A stretch of DNA of 64,000 nucleotides from Raillietiella orientalis. Taxonomy: Eukaryota. Within the stretch, counting starts at the first letter, position 1; each line of letters starts with the position of its first letter. The notes beneath the pieces are model-generated. The model had not been told where the DNA came from, searched no databases, and worked only from the letters and a program-made list of their open reading frames with translations. This document shows positions 58,470 through 64,000 of the stretch, piece after piece. Location of the stretch: positions 4,216,001 through 4,280,000 of the forward strand of contig JAYWIR010000012.1 of the NCBI GenBank assembly GCA_036172245.1, read 5' to 3'. Both the position numbers and the translations under genes were made by a program.

Positions 58470-61249
58470 GGTGCCTTATTTTGCATGAATAGTTGCCGCC
58501 AATGGTAGTTATGAGGCGTTTTACATGACCAGACAATATTTGGATATGTAAAAAAAAATTATGGAAATGGTTGTAAAATACTTGATAGAGAAAGTACTTA
58601 TATTGATACATATAAAATATATATATATATATTATCTCTACAGTTCATTGGAAGAAGCTTACATGGGTTTACACAGCTTGCACCCTTTTAAGTTAGAAAT
58701 TGCCTGAAATGGTCTCCATCCTAGCATCGAGCAAGAATCTGAAAATGCTTCTGTTTTGAAACATGATGGAGGTGAAGGTGTTAAGTTCCTTGTATATTTG
58801 AATATACAAAAGTGCCAGGTCTGCATTTGTGCAGGTGTACAACGTTGTTCCAATTGCCGGTTGATTGTGGCTGCCCGCCTGAATCGGATTTTCATTTCCA
58901 CTTGAGAAACGGTGGATCGTACCGCCGTTTACAACTGCCATTTCAGTGTTTGATTTCTTCCTTTTTTCCCTTCTTTCCTTCCACTTACCACTGCGAAAAT
59001 TTGGGGAGCCCGAGCCGCAGGACCAGGCGGACTCATCATCACGGATGGGGAATTACCTTAAACAAAAGGGAACCCCAATGCACATCTCATGAAGAGAATA
59101 ATAAGGGCCGCTTTCCAAATGAAATTACTCTCTTAGAATAACGAGTCCGTTAATAGTGAAGAGCCAGAAGAAAATAATTGACACCGAGAAATTAGGCAAA
59201 TTAGGAAGGAGTTCCAAGGAGTTCACTAGCAGTAAACAGTCGTAGCATTACAGTGCAGTGACGGCTGGTTCATTAAGTAGCCGTTTCCAAATCCTGCTGC
59301 CAGGTATGCCGATGGGAAACGATGGGTCCATCAACAGAATTCAGGTGGATCCCCGTGTCTGCAGCAGTTCGAGGTATTCTGTGCTGATAAGCCATCGCTG
59401 TTGATGAGCAAGTGATTGCTACTCATGACAGAAAATAACAATAATAATAATATGAGAAAAAGAGGAAAAATCCAAGGTACCTATGCTTAGATCGCAAAAT
59501 GGAAAAGTAAACAGTAACAAGAAGGTGAAAGTTTGAGGCTTTGGGTGTCTCCGTCGTACGCAGCTTGTCTTCCGGGTTTCGCTGCAGCTGCACTGCATCC
59601 TCGCGGAGAGGCTCTTCACCCACTGATTCGAAAACACAGGACGAAGTTCCTTCAAAGGACCGGGTCGGAAGACGAAAGAGGGGGGGGGGAGGGGGGTGGA
59701 AACAAAAAAACAAACTCCACACCCTACAAATACCACCAACACCTTTCCATAAAGCTTTTAAAAACACACAACCGGCAAACTGTGTACACTCGCGATTGAC
59801 AAACAGTGCGGCAAGTATCTGTGGAAAGTGCCTAATGTACTGTGCAGAAAAAAGCAAGCCAGGGATAAAACGACCTGTGGTGCAGAAGGAAAACGGTTAT
59901 CTGTGGAAACGGGAATAAGAAAATAAATTGCAATTGCAATTGCCTCGTTCTGCTGGCTCATTCCTTTTCCCCTCATCCGAATTCTGTGTTGGTGTGGACG
60001 GGCTTTGGGTGGCCGGAGCGTGGGGATGCAGGTCGGGTGGATGCGTTCTGGGAAGAGGGTGGTAACAGATAGTACTTGCGGTCCTCGGATCGCCGCCGCC
60101 GAGGGGTGCGCGCACCATTCTAGAAGAACGTCCGTGTCCTTCTTGGCCAGGTTTCGGCCAAATTTCCCAAAAGTCACTTCGACACAAACCGAAGCAATGG
60201 CTGTTACACAACGTCTGCAAGATAATAGGAAACAGTTGCATCATCTTACCAAAGTCGACAGATATCATATTTGCTTTTCGAAAATTCGATAGGTTGCGAG
60301 CGTCCACACGAATGAGGCAATGGAAGGAATTGTGTACGAAAGACTCTCTCAGAGCCGTGCTCCATGCTCGCTTGGGAAATACTTGTGGTTACATCAAGGA
60401 AACGTAATCTTCCGTTTCCAAGAGTCGTTACTAAAGGTTTATTTGGATTTCTTCCCATTTTTGCATATCTCGTACCGCTAAAGCACCCCGCCGCCCGTGT
60501 GTGACTCCATGTGCAACTGCAGCTTCAACTCCTGAAATCGAATCATCTTGAAGCAGTCGATTGCCTCCTCGTAACTCCTCTTGTTTAGACGTAACGGATT
60601 CCGGGAGATCATTGGCAAACTGGGAGCGTGGTTTTTTTTTAAAAATGTCGGGGACCAGTTACGCTTTTGGATGCCAGTTGTACACTTTTGCAGGTGTCCT
60701 GTTTCCGCTTTGGAACTCCTCCCTTCACAATCCTTCTGCGTCCTTCCCGCTTATCTCATTCCATCTGCTCCTCCTATTTGAGATCAATCACAGTGTACAG
60801 TCGCTGCCATCATGGGGACCATCGAAAAAGTGAAAAAGGCTGATTAAATTGCATCCATTCTGGGTGTCCGTTTCCGACGCGCTTTGCCGTTGTCACGAAA
60901 TTTAGCAGGAATACCGGTAAAGACCACGTGGGCACTCTACCAAATAGATGAGAAGAGAGCAGCATCCTTGCATTCCAGCTCGCCATTCAGTTTTACAATT
61001 CAGCGAACACTTCATCTTCCCCAGGTCGGTTTCATTAGCTCATTCATACAAAGTGATACCCAAAAAAAAAAGGAAAAGGCTCACTCGCTTTCCAAAGTTG
61101 GCCTTTGCACCGGCCGTATCCTAAACTTCTCTCTTTCTCGCTTAAGTTTGTTTCCGAGTCCAGTGGATATTTCGCAAGCGGTCGTGAGGTCTGTGGCTTG
61201 GGAATTTTATTCCCGATAAAGCTCGGAACGAAAAGCGGCACGTGGGAAT

Positions 61250-61900
61250 CCCTGGTACGATTCCAGACGGTTTTTACATCCCCCGAAGGGACTGAAGGGA
61301 GACTTTCTGAAACGAGGCTTTTCGTTCCAGCAGCTGTTTTTGCTGCTTCAAGGGAACCCAAGATTTTCCATGCTCAGACGCGGCGGCTTCTTGTGTGAAA
61401 CGGAAGCGGCCCTCTTGAGTGAGGCACTTTGTAGCAGAATCTGATTCCTCCTCCGCGAGAGATGATGCCGACGGAGCGATGGGCAGCGGTGCATCCTGCT
61501 GGGGCTGCTATCCCTTCTTGAGCCGCTTGCAAACGGGGTGGGGTGGGGTTCGGATGGGCAACTTTCAACCGGCAACGAAAGACTGGACGTGGGCGAGCGA
61601 TTCGGAAAGCGTGAGCAGACAAATGCGCTGCTGGCGGGGCTCGCAAGCCAACGGAGCTTGTGCTCCCGCGATTGCTTTTCCGCATCGTATCCTCGACGAT
61701 CCTTTCGCAGGATCCCCAAGTTTCAACCGCGTTACAGATGCTGGGACGGTACACACACTTAAAAACGGCAATGGACTGCACCGAGTTTCGGGAGATGACA
61801 GAACATTAGCGCTCCATGCTTGCTCCTGGTCGCGGGAGCCTCGTTCCAGGAAGGAAGAGGAATGGAAATCCTGACAGCATTGATACTGTGCAGAAAGTAC
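61250..61900 (+). mobile_element. Decayed RTE-like LINE RT C-terminal fragment
   Basis: Remnants ATKDWTW (compare GSETWT) and HRILDDP....NRVTDAGTV (compare RRIL.I.W.DRVTN.EV). Confidence 0.35.
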
Positions 61901-64000
61901 TTGCATTTGCTGTTTTCCGCGCGATGCTGCTGACTAGTTGTACGCAAACAAGTGCATAGGAGAGACGCTCTCCAATCGTTCCTCACTTTTGGGAACAAAG
62001 GAAAAGCAGGCTGCAGGAGCTTCCAGAGCTTCTTGCTTTCATCAGTCGAGAGTTCGTCTGGGGGTCCTCGCTGTCTTCTGTATGGCTGCAAAGTGATCCA
62101 TTATTGTGCTGCTGCGCACAATATCCGAGAATCCCACCATCCTTTTTTTCCCTCTTTTTGTGGAATCATAACTGCTGCGTAAGAAAACTCGCTCCAGCCC
62201 ACTCCAGGTTTCGTGGACCAGTTTTCGACTGCCTGTGCGGTGGCATGTGCCTCACTGGATGCTCTTTGTCGATCCAAACAATTTATCTTGCAGAAGAGAT
62301 AAAAAAGAGGCGAGGGTCCAAAAATTCCAAAAATCTTCTTGGAGCAAATACACAACAGCAAGCTTTGCAGCTGGCGAACAGTTCGGCAGAACACCGTGTC
62401 CTGAGGAGCACGGTGTTCTTAGGCAACAGAACGCGACCCGCGTAATGCCAACACCGAAGGGAAAGAGCAAACGCAACGGGCATCTCTTTAATTCTGTCAA
62501 GAACGAATTTCGTTCCTCATCCGTGCGATAGATGTCCGGCACTTCGCTCGGGGAGCAGCCGATCCGCAAAGAAGAGCACGTACCGCGGCTCTTTGGGAAG
62601 TGCGTTGGCGCGTGCTTGGCGATCTGCAGTCAATAAAAACTGCGGCCGCCGCTCTCGAGGAGCCGCCGAACGCACTGCGGGTTTTCGATGGCCCCGGAAG
62701 GGGAGGAGGGAACTCGAAACACCGACGCGGCTGCCTTGCGCGGGGGTTGGATTTTCACTCGCGGTCTTGACGCTGCCGTGTTTGCTGGGCGGCTTGCCGG
62801 GATGGGCGAGGTGGAAAGCGCTCTTCTGGCGGTTTCCTTTTCTCCCCAATCCCCACCTCCCTTCTCCCGGCAAAGCCGGCTGCGCAACGACCATGCATCC
62901 CCCCAACCCGCTTGGGATTCCCCCCTTCGGGGCAGTGTGCTCCCGCTTTGCGTGTTCGCCTCCCTCCTCACGCTCCTCTGGGGTGAATCAGCTCAGGAGT
63001 GCCGCCGCCGCCGCCGCCGCCACTTTTCCCGCCCCCCCTTCCTTTTTTTTTTCTCTTCCCTTCTTTTGCTTTTGTCCTTCCTTTCCTCCGTTTCCTTCGT
63101 CACAGCTGCTTCACTGAGCCAGCGCGAGCAGCCGCCGGTGCACTACGCGCTGCACTCCTGTGAGGAAGAGACGAGGGAGCCTTCGGGAACGGCTCTTCCC
63201 ATGTACGAACACAAGGGGGCTCACTCAGGCTCGCGTGCTGGGAGGGGGCCCTCGCTGGGGCTCGCGTGCGACGGCGCGCGCGCGTGCACGTGCACCTCCA
63301 GCACCCTATTCCCTGGGACCCGCGCCCTCCCGCGGAGAATGGCGCCCCCACCTGAGAGGTGAGCAGGCGGGGATGCGTTTCCTCCCTCCCATGACCCTTC
63401 CCTTGCCCTTCGCGAGCAAGGGAGTGTGCCGCTTCGCCCTTCACTCCCAGGCCCACCCTCCGAGCAGCTTCAACCGGAGGACGGCCGCCGCCGCAGCCTG
63501 GGCGCGCGAAAGCACAGGCGGGGCGTCTGCTCCTCCTCTCTACCCCCCTCCCCTGGGGGTGAGGGAGGGATGGCGGGGCGGCGCCGGCACCTTCACGAGC
63601 GGAAGCGCCAGGAGAAATTCCCCCGTCCGTCCCCGATGAGCCCTTCCGCCATCAGCGCCTGCGAAAGGGCAAAAAAATCGGGGCGCTACCGCCAGCAGCG
63701 AGAGTCCCGGGGGAATTCGGGCTCTCCCAAGGGGCAACTTCCCTGTGGCCGCAGGAAGGAAGGGGGAGTCCCGCCCTCCGGGAAGAGAGTGGGAGTGCGT
63801 AATGCAGCCTCTTCTCCCACCCTCCTGACAGCGGCGGTTCCCCCTTCCCGGACGCTGACCGGGCGGAAGCGGCACCACCTGCATCCCATCCTTCCCCGTC
63901 TCCCGGATAGCGGATCCCGGTGCGCGCGCTCCTGCTTTGCGATCCCGCCGAATCATCGATTCTCCCCTCGCGGCCTGGTTCGTGGGAAACCGATGATCCC

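Noticed and set aside
63200..63365. Possible first exon ending GAG|gtgagc near GCC repeats
   Set aside because: No homology and no downstream exon inside the window.
1..64000. CRISPR array, intact tRNA/rRNA genes, selenocysteine or readthrough recoding
   Set aside because: No regularly spaced repeats or cloverleafs were seen, and all TGA stops fall at the expected C-termini of their protein families.

Overview
Eukaryotic, invertebrate (arthropod-like by inference) genomic DNA; no prokaryotic operons, CRISPR arrays, rRNA or intact tRNA genes were recognised. I assembled six spliced protein-coding genes by hand, all with GT-AG junctions and consistent phases: signal peptide peptidase/HM13 (- strand, 2592-6141), ADAL/MAPDA (+, 16093-17217), a four-repeat annexin with an N-terminal signal-peptide exon (+, 26217-32137), GPS2 (+, 38612-40239), a six-domain SOD-repeat protein of the Rsod/CSRP family (-, 40236-52309) and TMEM64 (+, 57335-58469). 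Most intergenic and long-intron DNA is decayed transposon sequence: many RTE-like LINE fragments, a mariner 3' end, an internally deleted piggyBac with recognisable ends, a tRNA-like SINE pair and a ~310-bp direct repeat flanking the annexin. Three observations stand out. (1) GPS2 and the SOD-repeat gene converge on one 10-bp element, TTTTATTAAA, which holds both stop codons and a poly(A) hexamer for each strand. (2) The annexin appears to be secreted, with signal peptide, N-glycosylation sequon and all four Ca2+ motifs present. (3) The SOD-repeat protein lacks a complete His copper site in every domain. The window also shows introns as short as 39 nt, a sharp CpG-poor/CpG-rich mosaic suggesting gene-body methylation, and several perfect short inverted repeats suggesting templated repair. 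Family assignments come from recalled motifs, not database searches.
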